From: Polyangiales bacterium
GTDB taxonomy: Bacteria > Myxococcota_A > Polyangia > Polyangiales > Polyangiaceae
Direction: 5' to 3'
Length of the DNA: 57,080 nt
NCBI GenBank assembly: GCA_038231275.1
Contig: JBBRLQ010000042.1
Location: 1 to 57,080 of the forward strand
The notes below the pieces were generated by a model. The model ran no database searches, was not told the origin of the DNA, and saw only the letters and a program-made list of their open reading frames with translations. How positions within the stretch are numbered: position 1 is the first letter of the stretch; every line of letters starts with the position of its first letter. The translations under genes and the position numbers were made by a program. Positions 40,850-50,268 of this stretch are shown one piece after another.

Positions 40850-42454
40850 TCAGGCGACGAGGCCGCGCGGCCACGTCGCAACGCGAGCGCGGACGCGTGA
40901 GAGCTCGCGCGCGAGGCCTGCCGACGTGTCGATCACGAGGTGCTCGGCGGGCGGCAGCTCGGTCACCGGCTCGAAGCGCTTCACGAAGTCGTCGAGCACC
41001 TCGAGCCGCCCGTCCGACACGCTCTCCCCCTCTGCCCGGGCGATCAGGCGCGCGCGCACGACGTCGATGGGCGCCGTGCACTCGAGGAAGCAGAACGGCG
41101 CGCCCAGCTCGCGCGCGAGCTCCCTCGCGGCCTCACGGAAGCGCGCGGAGCGGAACGAGGCGTCGAGGATGACCGGACGTCCCGAGCCGAGAACGACGCG
41201 CGCGCGGCGCAAGACTTCCGCGTAGACGCGCTCGGTGAAGGCCGGATCGTACGCGCCCGACCACGCGCCGTCGTGCACGTGCTCCGTAGCGCGGACGCCG
41301 ACCATGTCCTTGCGCGTCCGGTCTGCGTCGACGATCGGCGCGCTCATCTCGGAGGACAGCGCCTCGGCGAGCGTGCTCTTCCCCGACGCGATGATCCCAC
41401 CGACGCAAACGACCTGGGGTGCGAGGAGGGCGCGGCGCTCGGTCGACAGGGCGAGGAGGAAGTACCCGCGCGCCTGCGCCTCGGCGGCGCTCCTGGCATC
41501 CGCGGGCACGGCCGCGTCGCTCGCGACGAAGTGCGCGATCTTGCCGCGGACGAACGCGCGGTAGCCCTCGTAGAAGTCGACCAGATCGTACAGATCGAAA
41601 TCGTTCGTGGCGCGCGTGTATTGCGCGAGCAGGCGCTCGGCGAGATCGACGGCGCCGAAATGAGCGAGGTCCATGGAGAGAAACGCCACGTCCGAGCAGA
41701 CGTCGCCGTACCGGAACCGATCGTTGAACTCGATGCAGTCGATGATCTGCGGCTGCTCCTCGCCGTCGAAGTAGACGTGTTCGAGGCGCAGGTCGCCGTG
41801 CCCGTCGCGGACGCGGCCCGCCTCGACCCGACGCTCGAACACGGTTCGCCTCCGCCGGAGGATCTCGCGCGGCACGCGACGCAGCTCGAATGCCTCGTCG
41901 CGAGAGACGTAGCGCTCGAGCGCGGGGCCGACCTGCGCGAAGTTCTCTTCGACGAGGGCCGCGATGGCCTCGGGAGACCCGTACGCGCTCACCGCGGCGT
42001 CGGCAGGCGGGCCCTGGTGGAAGGCGGCGAGGCGCGCGGCGATTCGATCGATCTCCGCGGCCCCGAGGAGACCGGCGCGCAGCATCTCGTCGGCGCGGCG
42101 CGCGTCGGGGAGGCGACGCATGGCCACCGCCCAGTCGACGGTGTCGCCCTCGCCTTCACCGAAGGCCAAGTGCCCGTCGGCGCCGCGACGAACAGGGACG
42201 AGCCCGCGGTAGACGCCGCGCGTGAGGCGCGCGTTGAGGCGCAGCTCGGCCTCACATGCGCGCTTTCGCGCCTCCGGCGCGCGAAAGTCGAGGAAGCCGA
42301 AGTCGACTGGCTTTTTCACCTTGAAGGCGGAGGCCGGAGTCAGAAATACCCAGGAGATGTGCGTCTCCACGACGGTGACGCCGTCACCGCAGGGCTCCGA
42401 GTGTGCCTCCGGTCGCGACAGATCCTCTCGCAGCGTGGGCATGCCGGCGATCAC
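40850..42454 (-). CDS. Aminoglycoside-phosphotransferase-like plus P-loop kinase (AAA_33) fusion
   Basis: ETHISWVF, KVKKPVDFGFLDF, HGDL, IDCIEFNDRFR, GIIASGKST, ILDASF. Confidence 0.92.
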   Translation of the reverse strand: MIAGMPTLREDLSRPEAHSEPCGDGVTVVETHISWVFLTPASAFKVKKPVDFGFLDFRAPEARKRACEAELRLNARLTRGVYRGLVPVRRGADGHLAFGEGEGDTVDWAVAMRRLPDARRADEMLRAGLLGAAEIDRIAARLAAFHQGPPADAAVSAYGSPEAIAALVEENFAQVGPALERYVSRDEAFELRRVPREILRRRRTVFERRVEAGRVRDGHGDLRLEHVYFDGEEQPQIIDCIEFNDRFRYGDVCSDVAFLSMDLAHFGAVDLAERLLAQYTRATNDFDLYDLVDFYEGYRAFVRGKIAHFVASDAAVPADARSAAEAQARGYFLLALSTERRALLAPQVVCVGGIIASGKSTLAEALSSEMSAPIVDADRTRKDMVGVRATEHVHDGAWSGAYDPAFTERVYAEVLRRARVVLGSGRPVILDASFRSARFREAARELARELGAPFCFLECTAPIDVVRARLIARAEGESVSDGRLEVLDDFVKRFEPVTELPPAEHLVIDTSAGLARELSRVRARVATWPRGLVA

Positions 42455-42487
42455 TGCATGCGTCGTACCGAGGCGCGACGACGCTGC

Positions 42488-43936
42488 TCAGCTCGGCTCG
42501 CCGGAGCGGGGGTCATCGTTCGCGGTACGCTTCGGCGGCGCGAGGCCGTACTCGTGCAAGCGGTACTGAACCTTTCGGATGCTGATGCCGAGCATTTGCG
42601 CCGCGCGTGACGTGCTCCCGCCCGCCGCCTCGAGCGTGGACAGGATCGCGTGCCGCTCGATCTCCTCGAGCGTCGATCCCGGGATGCGGACGGCGCCGAC
42701 GCTCTGAGGGGCGATCGCGGTGGGGAAATGCTGCGCCGTCACTTTGGATCCGTCGCAGAGGACGCACGCTCGCTCGATCACGTTCTCGAGCTCGCGCACG
42801 TTGCCGGGCCATCGGTGCTCTTCGATGCGCTCGACGGCGGACGCGTCGAAGCCGGTGATCGGCTTGCCGTTCTCCTTGGCATATTTGGAGAGGAAATGCC
42901 GCGCGAGCGGGAGTACGTCCGTGGGCCGGGCGCGAAGCGGCGGCATGTCGATGTTGACGACGTTCAGCCGATAGAAGAGGTCCTCGCGGAACCGGCCGGC
43001 GGCGACCTCGGCGCGAAGATCGCGGTTGGTCGCGGCGATGACGCGGACGTCGACGCGGAGGGTCTCGGTGCCGCCGACGCGCTCGAACGCGCGCTCCTGG
43101 AGGAAGCGCAGCAGCTTGACCTGCGTGGCCGGTGTGATGTCCCCGATCTCGTCGAGGAAGAGCGTCCCGCCGTCGGCCAACTTGAAGTGGCCTTCGCGCC
43201 GGCCGGCTGCGCCTGTGAACGCCCCTTTCTCGTGACCGAACAGCTCGCTCTCGAGCAGCGACTCGGCGAGCGCCGCGCAGTGGAGCTTCACGAACGGCCG
43301 GCGCGCGCGCGGGCTGTTCTCGTGCACGGCGGTGGCCGCGAGCTCCTTGCCGGTCCCGCTCTCGCCGGTGATGAGCACCGTCGCGCGGCTTGGCGCGACC
43401 TGCTCGATCGACTTGTACACCTGCTGAATGGCCGGGCTCGTCCCGACCATGTTCCGGAGGCTCACGCGCTCGCGGAGGCGCGCGCGCAGCTCGGCGGCCT
43501 CGTGGCGCAGCCGGCGACGCTCGAGCGCGCGGTCGAGGATGACGATCACCTCGTTCATCTGGAGCGGTTTGGTGAGGTAGTCCTCGGCTCCCTCTTGCAT
43601 CGCCTGAACCGCCGTCTCGACGCCGCTGAACGCGGTCATGAGGACGACGAGAAGATCAGGATGCTGCTCGCGCACGCGGCGGAGAAGCTCGAGGCCGTCC
43701 ATGTTCGGCATCCGCACGTCGCTCAGGAGCAGGTCGGGCGCGGTCTCGACGACCTTGGCGAGCGCCTCCACACCGTCGGCGGCGAGCTCCACGTCGAAGC
43801 CCTCGAGCCGGAGCACGCTGGCGAGGCCGTTGCGGCCGCTCGGCTCGTCGTCGACGATGAGGACGCGCCCGCGCGCCGGGCGCACGGAGTTACGGGACGA
43901 ATCGGACTCGAGGCTTGTCGCGGCGGCCATGCCCAT
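42488..43936 (-). CDS. NtrC-family sigma54-dependent response regulator (start uncertain)
   Basis: Receiver domain (VDDE, SDVRMP, KP), [27 protein letters not shown], Fis HTH. Confidence 0.96.
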   Translation of the reverse strand: MGMAAATSLESDSSRNSVRPARGRVLIVDDEPSGRNGLASVLRLEGFDVELAADGVEALAKVVETAPDLLLSDVRMPNMDGLELLRRVREQHPDLLVVLMTAFSGVETAVQAMQEGAEDYLTKPLQMNEVIVILDRALERRRLRHEAAELRARLRERVSLRNMVGTSPAIQQVYKSIEQVAPSRATVLITGESGTGKELAATAVHENSPRARRPFVKLHCAALAESLLESELFGHEKGAFTGAAGRREGHFKLADGGTLFLDEIGDITPATQVKLLRFLQERAFERVGGTETLRVDVRVIAATNRDLRAEVAAGRFREDLFYRLNVVNIDMPPLRARPTDVLPLARHFLSKYAKENGKPITGFDASAVERIEEHRWPGNVRELENVIERACVLCDGSKVTAQHFPTAIAPQSVGAVRIPGSTLEEIERHAILSTLEAAGGSTSRAAQMLGISIRKVQYRLHEYGLAPPKRTANDDPRSGEPS

Positions 43937-43941
43937 CGCAG

Positions 43942-43957
43942 AGCATCGCCCGTGCCG
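43942..43957 (-). promoter_or_regulatory. Putative sigma54 promoter of the activator gene
   Basis: CGGCACGGGCGATGCT, GG-N10-GC; very close to the first ATG so the real start may lie downstream. Confidence 0.5.
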
Positions 43958-44060
43958 ACCGGGGAAATCGTGCCTCGGCGACCACGCCGCGCGCCTCCCT
44001 GCGCAAGGCCTGCGTGGGCGCGCACGGCTTGCGCACGCGCCGCGCCGATCTCCACGGATT

Positions 44061-44510
44061 TTAGGCGCCGCGCATGCGCTTCACGGCGGCCGTCACGTCG
44101 GTGCCCTGGACGCTCGCGCCCGTCGTCTTGAGGTGCTTCATCGCTACGCCGGTCGCCTGGCCGTCGCTCTTGGCGTCGCGCACCGCGTCGGCCACCGGCG
44201 CGAGGAGGACGACGATCTGATCGGGGCCGAGCGTCGCCGGCAGAACACCGAGCAGGATGCCGTTCTCGCGCTCCAGCGCCGCTCGCTCGTCGCCCTGCGT
44301 ATGCGCGAGCGTCTCTTCGTTCGACTTCACGAGCTTTCGCACGATCGCCACCGCGTCCGCCTCCGATACCGGCGCGTTGGTGCGGGCCTCGGCCGTCTGG
44401 ATCTCCCCGAGTGCGAGGCGCAGGATCGACGTGGCCGCCGTGTCTTTCGCCTTCATCGCTTCGGCGGCCCGCGCCTTGAGGGTGGTCACCAGCTTGTTCT
44501 CGGACGTCAT
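44061..44510 (-). CDS. GatB/YqeY domain protein
   Basis: EAMKAKD...[10 protein letters not shown]...IVRKLVK...E...LP pattern. Confidence 0.8.
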   Translation of the reverse strand: MTSENKLVTTLKARAAEAMKAKDTAATSILRLALGEIQTAEARTNAPVSEADAVAIVRKLVKSNEETLAHTQGDERAALERENGILLGVLPATLGPDQIVVLLAPVADAVRDAKSDGQATGVAMKHLKTTGASVQGTDVTAAVKRMRGA

Positions 44511-44570
44511 CCCCCGGCTATTAGCACGAGGCCTCGCGCGCGGCGGCACGGAGGGTGCTTTGCCCACCGC

Positions 44571-45188
44571 GTGAACTTGCGAACCGCCCCCATCGTGCTC
44601 GTCGCCGCCGTCATCGGCGCCGGCTCCTTCGCCGTCTATCGCTCCGCTCCGGCCTCCGCGCCGGCCTCCGCGCCCGATCGCCCGCCGATCGCCGCGCTGC
44701 CGCCGAATCACCCCGCGGTCGACACACCGCCCGCCCACGCCACCGTCGCGCCGAACAAGGACGCGACGCCTTCCCTCGGCTGGACGGCGCCCGACGCGTG
44801 GTTGACCGCGCCGAACCCGAGCCCGATGCGCCTCGCGACGTACAGGGTGAAGGGTGACGCTGGCGAAGCGGAGCTCTCCGTGACGCGCGCAGGCGGCACC
44901 GCCGACGCGAACATCGAGCGCTGGCTCGGTCAGTTCGATCAGGCCGGCAAGGACACGCGCGCCGAGAAGACCGTGCGCGGAATGAAGGTCACGATCGTCG
45001 AGGTCGCCGGCACGTACATGGGCGGAATGACCGGCGCGCAAGGCATTCACCCCGGGTGGTCGCTCCTCGCCGCGATCGTCGAGACCAAGGGCGACCCCTA
45101 CTTCTTCAAGCTCACGGGCCCCACGGCGACCATCAAGGCCGCGCGTCCCGCGTTCGATGGAATGGTCGACGGCCTCACGCCGAAGTGA
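44571..45188 (+). CDS. Membrane-anchored hypothetical protein with LPPNHP motif
   Basis: N-terminal TM, LPPNHP, SPMRLATY, GGTADANIERWLGQF, YFFKLTGP. Confidence 0.75.
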   Translation: MNLRTAPIVLVAAVIGAGSFAVYRSAPASAPASAPDRPPIAALPPNHPAVDTPPAHATVAPNKDATPSLGWTAPDAWLTAPNPSPMRLATYRVKGDAGEAELSVTRAGGTADANIERWLGQFDQAGKDTRAEKTVRGMKVTIVEVAGTYMGGMTGAQGIHPGWSLLAAIVETKGDPYFFKLTGPTATIKAARPAFDGMVDGLTPK

Positions 45189-45432
45189 CGTCGCTCTTCT
45201 TCGCGCCGAGCAGCTCCCGCCGCGTGCGCAGCAAGTCCGCGGCGACGACGAAGAGGAAGAGGCCGAACGACAGTGTGCCCAGCACCTGACCGATCGACAT
45301 CGCCATGATGACTTGGAACGGTCGCGGATCCATGACCGACCAGATCATCAGGGCGATCGCGGCGAGCGCAGAAATGCAGGCGACCGAGAGCAGCCGGGCG
45401 ATCGCGCGGGGTCCTAGCTTCGCGACGTTCAT
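45175..45432 (-). CDS. Small 2-TM membrane protein coupled to the NapC/NirT gene
   Basis: ATGA overlap with upstream stop; two hydrophobic helices. Confidence 0.78.
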   Translation of the reverse strand: MNVAKLGPRAIARLLSVACISALAAIALMIWSVMDPRPFQVIMAMSIGQVLGTLSFGLFLFVVAADLLRTRRELLGAKKSDVTSA

Positions 45433-46109
45433 CGGTCGACTCCTGCGTCCTGCTGCCGCGCGCGGCGCTCGTCGTCGGCCTTCTTGACGTCCTCGGCGGG
45501 CTTGGTGAAGGGGTGCGCGAAGCCGTGGCATCCGCCGCTCGCGCAGCTGATCTTCCCGCTGCGGACCTCGTCGAGCGAGGCCTTGTGATCAGGGTGCCTG
45601 TTCCAGATGTCGAGATCGGTGGAGTGGCAGTGCATGCAGTTGTCGTTGGGGTACGGCTCGTAGAGCTTGATCGTCTTCTCGGACTCTTCGATGGGCACGT
45701 TGCGGTACTCCGTCAGGTACGCCCATACGTGGTGCATGCCGCCGATCTTGGTCGTGATCGTCCCGTACATGCCGTAGTCGGCGTGGCACATGTAGCAATT
45801 CTCTTCGCCGAACAGCTTGTTGCGACCGTGCCGTGAGGCGAGCGACAGGCTCTTCGGATCGCTGGAGTCCTGCGCGTGCGGGACCATCACGTGGCACGAG
45901 CCGCAGAAGGTGCGTTGCTTGGTCGCCTCGTAGCCCTGCACGTTGCCGGCGCCGGCGAGGCCGATCGGAAACACGCCGAGGCCGAGCAAGAGCCAGAGGC
46001 GCCAGATCGGAGTGAGCAGCGGGCGCCGCACGAGGTAGACGAGGAGAATGCACGCCGAGATCGCTGCGCAGGCATACGCGACGAGATCGAGGGGGGCAGC
46101 GTGGGTCAC
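45429..46109 (-). CDS. NapC/NirT-family tetraheme cytochrome c (quinol dehydrogenase)
   Basis: Two TM helices, TFCGSCHVM, CYMCH, CMHCH, CASGGCH; GGAGG RBS. Confidence 0.88.
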   Translation of the reverse strand: MTHAAPLDLVAYACAAISACILLVYLVRRPLLTPIWRLWLLLGLGVFPIGLAGAGNVQGYEATKQRTFCGSCHVMVPHAQDSSDPKSLSLASRHGRNKLFGEENCYMCHADYGMYGTITTKIGGMHHVWAYLTEYRNVPIEESEKTIKLYEPYPNDNCMHCHSTDLDIWNRHPDHKASLDEVRSGKISCASGGCHGFAHPFTKPAEDVKKADDERRARQQDAGVDR

Positions 46110-46159
46110 GGGAGGTCCTCCGAGCGCGCCCGGGATTTGCACCGGGCCCCTCCGAGATG

Positions 46160-46175
46160 TGCAAGACGGCGGCCA
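46160..46175 (-). promoter_or_regulatory. sigma54 promoter of the NapC/NirT operon
   Basis: TGGCCGCCGTCTTGCA, GG-N10-GC, 51 nt upstream of the start codon. Confidence 0.7.
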
Positions 46176-46195
46176 CGCAGCGTCACACCCGCGCG

Positions 46196-47368
46196 ATGAA
46201 GCTGCTCGTCTTGTGTGGTGCGACGACGGCCGCGCGCACCGTTTGCGCAGAGCCGCTGCGTTTGCGCGCCGACGCGGTGGCCGAGGCGCAGGCGCCCGCG
46301 GGCCTCGTCATCCTCGAGGGGCAGGACAAGGTGAGGCCGTGGCTCTACGCCGAGGGCCTCGTATGGACCGGGACGCGAAGCGATCCCAAGACCGATCCGG
46401 CGGCCGACGTGATGGTGCTCGCCGTGCGCCTGCGCGACCCGCGCGGATTCGGCGAGATCAAAGGAGGGCGCTTCGTCGTATCGACGGGCGCGGTAAGACC
46501 CGTGCAGATCGACGGCGCGCACGCGCTCGGTCGCGCGCCGTGGCAGACGACGACCCTAGAGGCGTTCGCCGGTGCGCCGGTGGTGCCGCGCTTCGGTACG
46601 ACCGGCTACGACTGGCTCGGCGGCGGGCGCGTCGCGCAGACCCTCGCGTCGCGCGCCACGCTCGGAGCGTCGTACGTCCAGCGTCGCTCGCACAAAGACA
46701 TCGCCGACGACGAGATCGGCGCAGACCTCGCGGCGGTGCCCGTCCCCTGGCTCGATCTCGCCGGGAGGAGCGCCTACGACCTCACCTCCCCGGGCATCGC
46801 CGACGCGCTCGCCTCCGCCGCCGTTCGTTTCGCGCCGATGCGCGTCGAGCTCTTCGCCGCGCATCGATCGCCGTCGCGTCTCTTGCCCGCGACCTCGCTC
46901 TTCTCGGTCCTCGGAGATTTTCCGTCGCAGTCGATCGGGTCGACGGTTCGCTGGGAGGCGGCGCCGCGCCTCGATCTCCTCGCGAGCGGCGCGGGGCAAC
47001 GCGTCGGCGGCGAATTCGGTGGCAACGGCTTCCTGCGCGCGCTCCTGCGCACGGACGAGCGCGGCGAGGGGAGCCTCGGCCTCGAGGGGCGAAGGCAAGA
47101 CGTGTCGACGGCGAAGTGGACCGGCCTGCGAGGGCTCGCGTCGCTGCCGCTCGGGCACGGCTTTCGGTACGCGACCGAGATCGAGATCGCGGTGCCCGAC
47201 GCGCCGCGCGGCCGCGGGATCGCGTGGCCGTGGGGGCTCGTCGCGCTCTCGTGGCGCTCGGCGAGCGGGTGGGAGGCGGCCGGCGCCGCCGAAGCGTCGT
47301 CCACCCCGGAGCACCGCTACCAGATGAACGCCCTCTTCCGCGTATCGCGCACCCTGGAGATCCGGTGA
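46196..47368 (+). CDS. Putative outer-membrane beta-barrel (porin-cytochrome type)
   Basis: Possible signal peptide, many amphipathic beta-strand-like segments with aromatic residues, no heme motif; GTGA overlap with the cytochrome gene. Confidence 0.65.
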   Translation: MKLLVLCGATTAARTVCAEPLRLRADAVAEAQAPAGLVILEGQDKVRPWLYAEGLVWTGTRSDPKTDPAADVMVLAVRLRDPRGFGEIKGGRFVVSTGAVRPVQIDGAHALGRAPWQTTTLEAFAGAPVVPRFGTTGYDWLGGGRVAQTLASRATLGASYVQRRSHKDIADDEIGADLAAVPVPWLDLAGRSAYDLTSPGIADALASAAVRFAPMRVELFAAHRSPSRLLPATSLFSVLGDFPSQSIGSTVRWEAAPRLDLLASGAGQRVGGEFGGNGFLRALLRTDERGEGSLGLEGRRQDVSTAKWTGLRGLASLPLGHGFRYATEIEIAVPDAPRGRGIAWPWGLVALSWRSASGWEAAGAAEASSTPEHRYQMNALFRVSRTLEIR

Positions 47369-48417
47369 ACCGCTGGCTCACGCTCGTCATGGTCCTGTCC
47401 GTCGCGCTCGCGGCGTGCGCGGGCGTCCTGGGCCTCAAGGGCAAGAACGAGCAGCACCCCTTCGAGCACCGCGCGCACGTGCTGAAGGGTGTAAACTGCA
47501 AGGAATGTCACGCGGGCGTGAACGCCGCCGGCGAGCTCGACGACGTGCACTTCCCCACGCCGACAGACTGCGTTCGCTGCCACGGCAAACCGCACGACAC
47601 GCGCGACTGCCGGACGTGCCACACCGAGCCTTACGTTCGAGAGAGCGCCGAGCTCGCGCGCAAGCATCTGCGCTTCGAGCACTCGAAGCACATGACGCAA
47701 GTGAAGGGCGACTGCGTGCGGTGCCACCTCGGCGTCCAGGAGTCGAACCCGACCGCGCTGCGTCCGGCGATGGCGACGTGCTTCGGGTGCCACGCGCACC
47801 GGGATCAGTGGCAGGTTCGCGACTGCGACGGATGCCACGTCGATCTTGGCGCCGAGCGCGTGAAGCCGACGAGCCACCTCGTGCACGAAGGGGACTTCGT
47901 CCGCGAGCACGGCGTGCGCGCCGCGAGCGCGCGTGAGCTCTGCTCCAGCTGCCACGCCGAGAAATTCTGCGCGTCGTGCCACGCCGTCGGCACCGCGCCG
48001 CTCCTCCCCGCGCGCCGCGAGTTCGACGAGCCGAAGCTCGCCGGTCTCCACCGCGCCGGCTTCCGCGCGCGCCACTCCGAGGAGGCGCGCGCCCAACCGG
48101 GCGTGTGCACCAGCTGCCACAGCGAGAGCTCCTGCAAGGACTGCCACTCGCGCCTCAACGTCGCCGCCGGTGGGAAGGCACGTAACCCGCACCCGCCGGA
48201 TTGGATGGGCCCCGCGCGCGGCGGTCAGCACGGCGTGCAGGCGCGGATCGATCCGGCGTCGTGCGCCGGTTGCCACGGAGGCGCCGGCGAGCAGCTCTGC
48301 GTCTCGTGCCACAGGGTCGGCGGCCCCGGCGGCAACCCGCACGGCGGCAACTTCCACAGCACCAAGAACAAGACGCGCGACGTGCCCTGCAAGATGTGCC
48401 ACTCGGGGGGCCTGTGA
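47365..48417 (+). CDS. 13-heme cytochrome c lipoprotein
   Basis: Lipobox LAAC; 13 CxxCH; FEHxxH cytochrome c3/c7-like motifs. Confidence 0.92.
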   Translation: MNRWLTLVMVLSVALAACAGVLGLKGKNEQHPFEHRAHVLKGVNCKECHAGVNAAGELDDVHFPTPTDCVRCHGKPHDTRDCRTCHTEPYVRESAELARKHLRFEHSKHMTQVKGDCVRCHLGVQESNPTALRPAMATCFGCHAHRDQWQVRDCDGCHVDLGAERVKPTSHLVHEGDFVREHGVRAASARELCSSCHAEKFCASCHAVGTAPLLPARREFDEPKLAGLHRAGFRARHSEEARAQPGVCTSCHSESSCKDCHSRLNVAAGGKARNPHPPDWMGPARGGQHGVQARIDPASCAGCHGGAGEQLCVSCHRVGGPGGNPHGGNFHSTKNKTRDVPCKMCHSGGL

Positions 48418-49991
48418 CGAAGCGCCGCCTGCTCGTCGGGTTCGTCCTCGCGATCGCGGTCGCCGGGGTGGCGGTCTGGTTCTTCGTCACGCGCCTCATG
48501 CACCACGCGCCCGGCGTGCCGGCGGGGATGGTCCCGGTCTCGTGGGCCGAGTTCAAGAAGAGCCCGGGGCACCGCTCGCACGTCGGACGGGACGACGTCG
48601 CGTGCAAGGACTGCCACGACTTCGACAAGGAAGGCTTCAAGAACGCCGGCGCCGCGACCTGCACCAAGTCGTGCCACGCGAAGCAGCGCGAGCGCTCGCA
48701 CCTCGGCGGCGAGGGGGCGAAGACGGACTGCCTCTCGTGCCACGCGTTCGCGCCCGACGTCGCGCCGCGCCCGTGCATCGGCTGCCACGACGCGAAGACC
48801 GTCGGCGCGAAAGGGACGCACGCCGCCCTCGTCGCGCACAAGACCGTCGACTGCGCGAGTTGCCACAAGGTGCACGACGCGACGCCGATCGCGCCGAAGG
48901 CGTGCGCGTCCTGCCACGAGGAGCGCGCCGCGTCGCACGGCGGGCACGAGGGAAGCAAAGGCTGTCTGGACTGCCACAACGGACACGCGGCGGCGAAAGA
49001 AGCGAAGACCGGATGCAACGGCTGCCACGCGACACCCGCCGGACCCAAGCCCGCCGGCCACTCCTCCTGTCTCGACTGCCACGCCCCGCACGAGTTCCCG
49101 GCCACCGGCGCCGTGTGCGTCGGCTGCCACGGCGCGAAGCCGACGCTTGCTGCGGCGAGCGTCACCAAGCACGCCGTGTGCACGAGCTGCCACGCGGGGC
49201 ACGATCCCGGCGGCGCCGCCCGCTCGTGCGCGGGGTGCCACTCGAATGTGCACCCGTCGCACGGCAAGGAGGCGATGCAGTCCGCCTGCATCTCTTGTCA
49301 CGCGCCGCACGGCAAGGACCCCAACCTGGTCGCGACCGCGTGCGTCGCATGCCACGGCGCGGTCGCCAAGCGCGAGGACGGCGCGCACAAGGGCGGAACG
49401 GCCTGCGAGACGTGCCACAAGCCGCACGATTTTTCGCCGAAGACGGGCGCCGCCAAGCAGGCGCTCTGCACGACGTGCCACGCGCGCCAGGTCTCGCTCA
49501 CCGCGGCGAGCGTCGGCCACAAAGACTGCGCGGCGTGCCACGGCGGCTCGACGCACGCCCCCGCGAAGGGCGCTGCGTGCGGGACGTGCCACGCCAAGGA
49601 AAAGGCGACAGCGCCCGCCGGTCATCAAGCGTGCGCGAGCTGCCACGACGCGCACGCCGGCGGCAAGCCTCCGCCCGGAAAGTGCGTGACCTGCCACGCG
49701 CACGAGGCGGCGAGCAAACACGGCAACGCCGCGGGCGGCTGCGCGACCTGCCACCGGCCACACGGTCCGAACGGAATCGCGACGCCGCCCGCCTGCGCCA
49801 CGTGCCACGATCGCGCGAAGCTGCCGGGCCTCCATCAGTCGGCGACGCATGTAGACTGCAAGCAATGCCACGCCGCGCACGGGCCACCTCGCTCCGACCG
49901 CGCGACGTGCACGGGCACCTGCCACGCGAACAAGAAGGACCACCAGCCGCAGGCCCAGGTCTGCAACGGCTGCCACGTCTTCCGAAAGTGA
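48414..49991 (+). CDS. 25-heme cytochrome c with N-terminal membrane anchor or signal
   Basis: 23 CxxCH plus 2 CxxxCH in 525 aa; GTGA overlap. Confidence 0.92.
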   Translation: MTKRRLLVGFVLAIAVAGVAVWFFVTRLMHHAPGVPAGMVPVSWAEFKKSPGHRSHVGRDDVACKDCHDFDKEGFKNAGAATCTKSCHAKQRERSHLGGEGAKTDCLSCHAFAPDVAPRPCIGCHDAKTVGAKGTHAALVAHKTVDCASCHKVHDATPIAPKACASCHEERAASHGGHEGSKGCLDCHNGHAAAKEAKTGCNGCHATPAGPKPAGHSSCLDCHAPHEFPATGAVCVGCHGAKPTLAAASVTKHAVCTSCHAGHDPGGAARSCAGCHSNVHPSHGKEAMQSACISCHAPHGKDPNLVATACVACHGAVAKREDGAHKGGTACETCHKPHDFSPKTGAAKQALCTTCHARQVSLTAASVGHKDCAACHGGSTHAPAKGAACGTCHAKEKATAPAGHQACASCHDAHAGGKPPPGKCVTCHAHEAASKHGNAAGGCATCHRPHGPNGIATPPACATCHDRAKLPGLHQSATHVDCKQCHAAHGPPRSDRATCTGTCHANKKDHQPQAQVCNGCHVFRK

Positions 49992-50013
49992 CCCGACCTC
50001 CCCGCCTCCTCCT

Positions 50014-50058
50014 CTCGTGAGGGGGCCACTCGCGAGAGGGCCACTCGCGAGAGGGCCA
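50014..50058. repeat. 15-bp tandem repeat, three copies
   Basis: ctcgtgagggggcca, ctcgcgagagggcca, ctcgcgagagggcca. Confidence 0.9.
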
Positions 50059-50082
50059 CGTGCACTGCGGGGCCCTGCCTGG

Positions 50083-50122
50083 TGTCCAAAAGCGCGGACA
50101 ACACTGTCCCGAGCGCCGGACA
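50083..50122. promoter_or_regulatory. Tandem palindromic enhancer sites TGTCC-N8-GGACA
   Basis: 50083-50100 and 50105-50122, 22 bp apart. Confidence 0.7.
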
Positions 50123-50226
50123 GTCGGCGTGTCCGAGTCACGCGCGATCCAGTCTAGACCCGCGAATTTTGGCCGTTTCGTGCGCCGATCGGGAGCCGAC
50201 GACGGAGCGATGCCGCGCCCACGTGG

Positions 50227-50242
50227 TGGCATGGTTCCGGCT
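50227..50242 (+). promoter_or_regulatory. Putative sigma54 promoter
   Basis: TGGCATGGTTCCGGCT, GG-N10-GC, upstream of AGGAGG RBS. Confidence 0.62.
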
Positions 50243-50268
50243 TAGGTGAGGTGCAGGAGGAACGCACA

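Noticed and set aside
50014..50058. Possible mini-CRISPR
   Set aside because: Contiguous 15-bp units with no spacers
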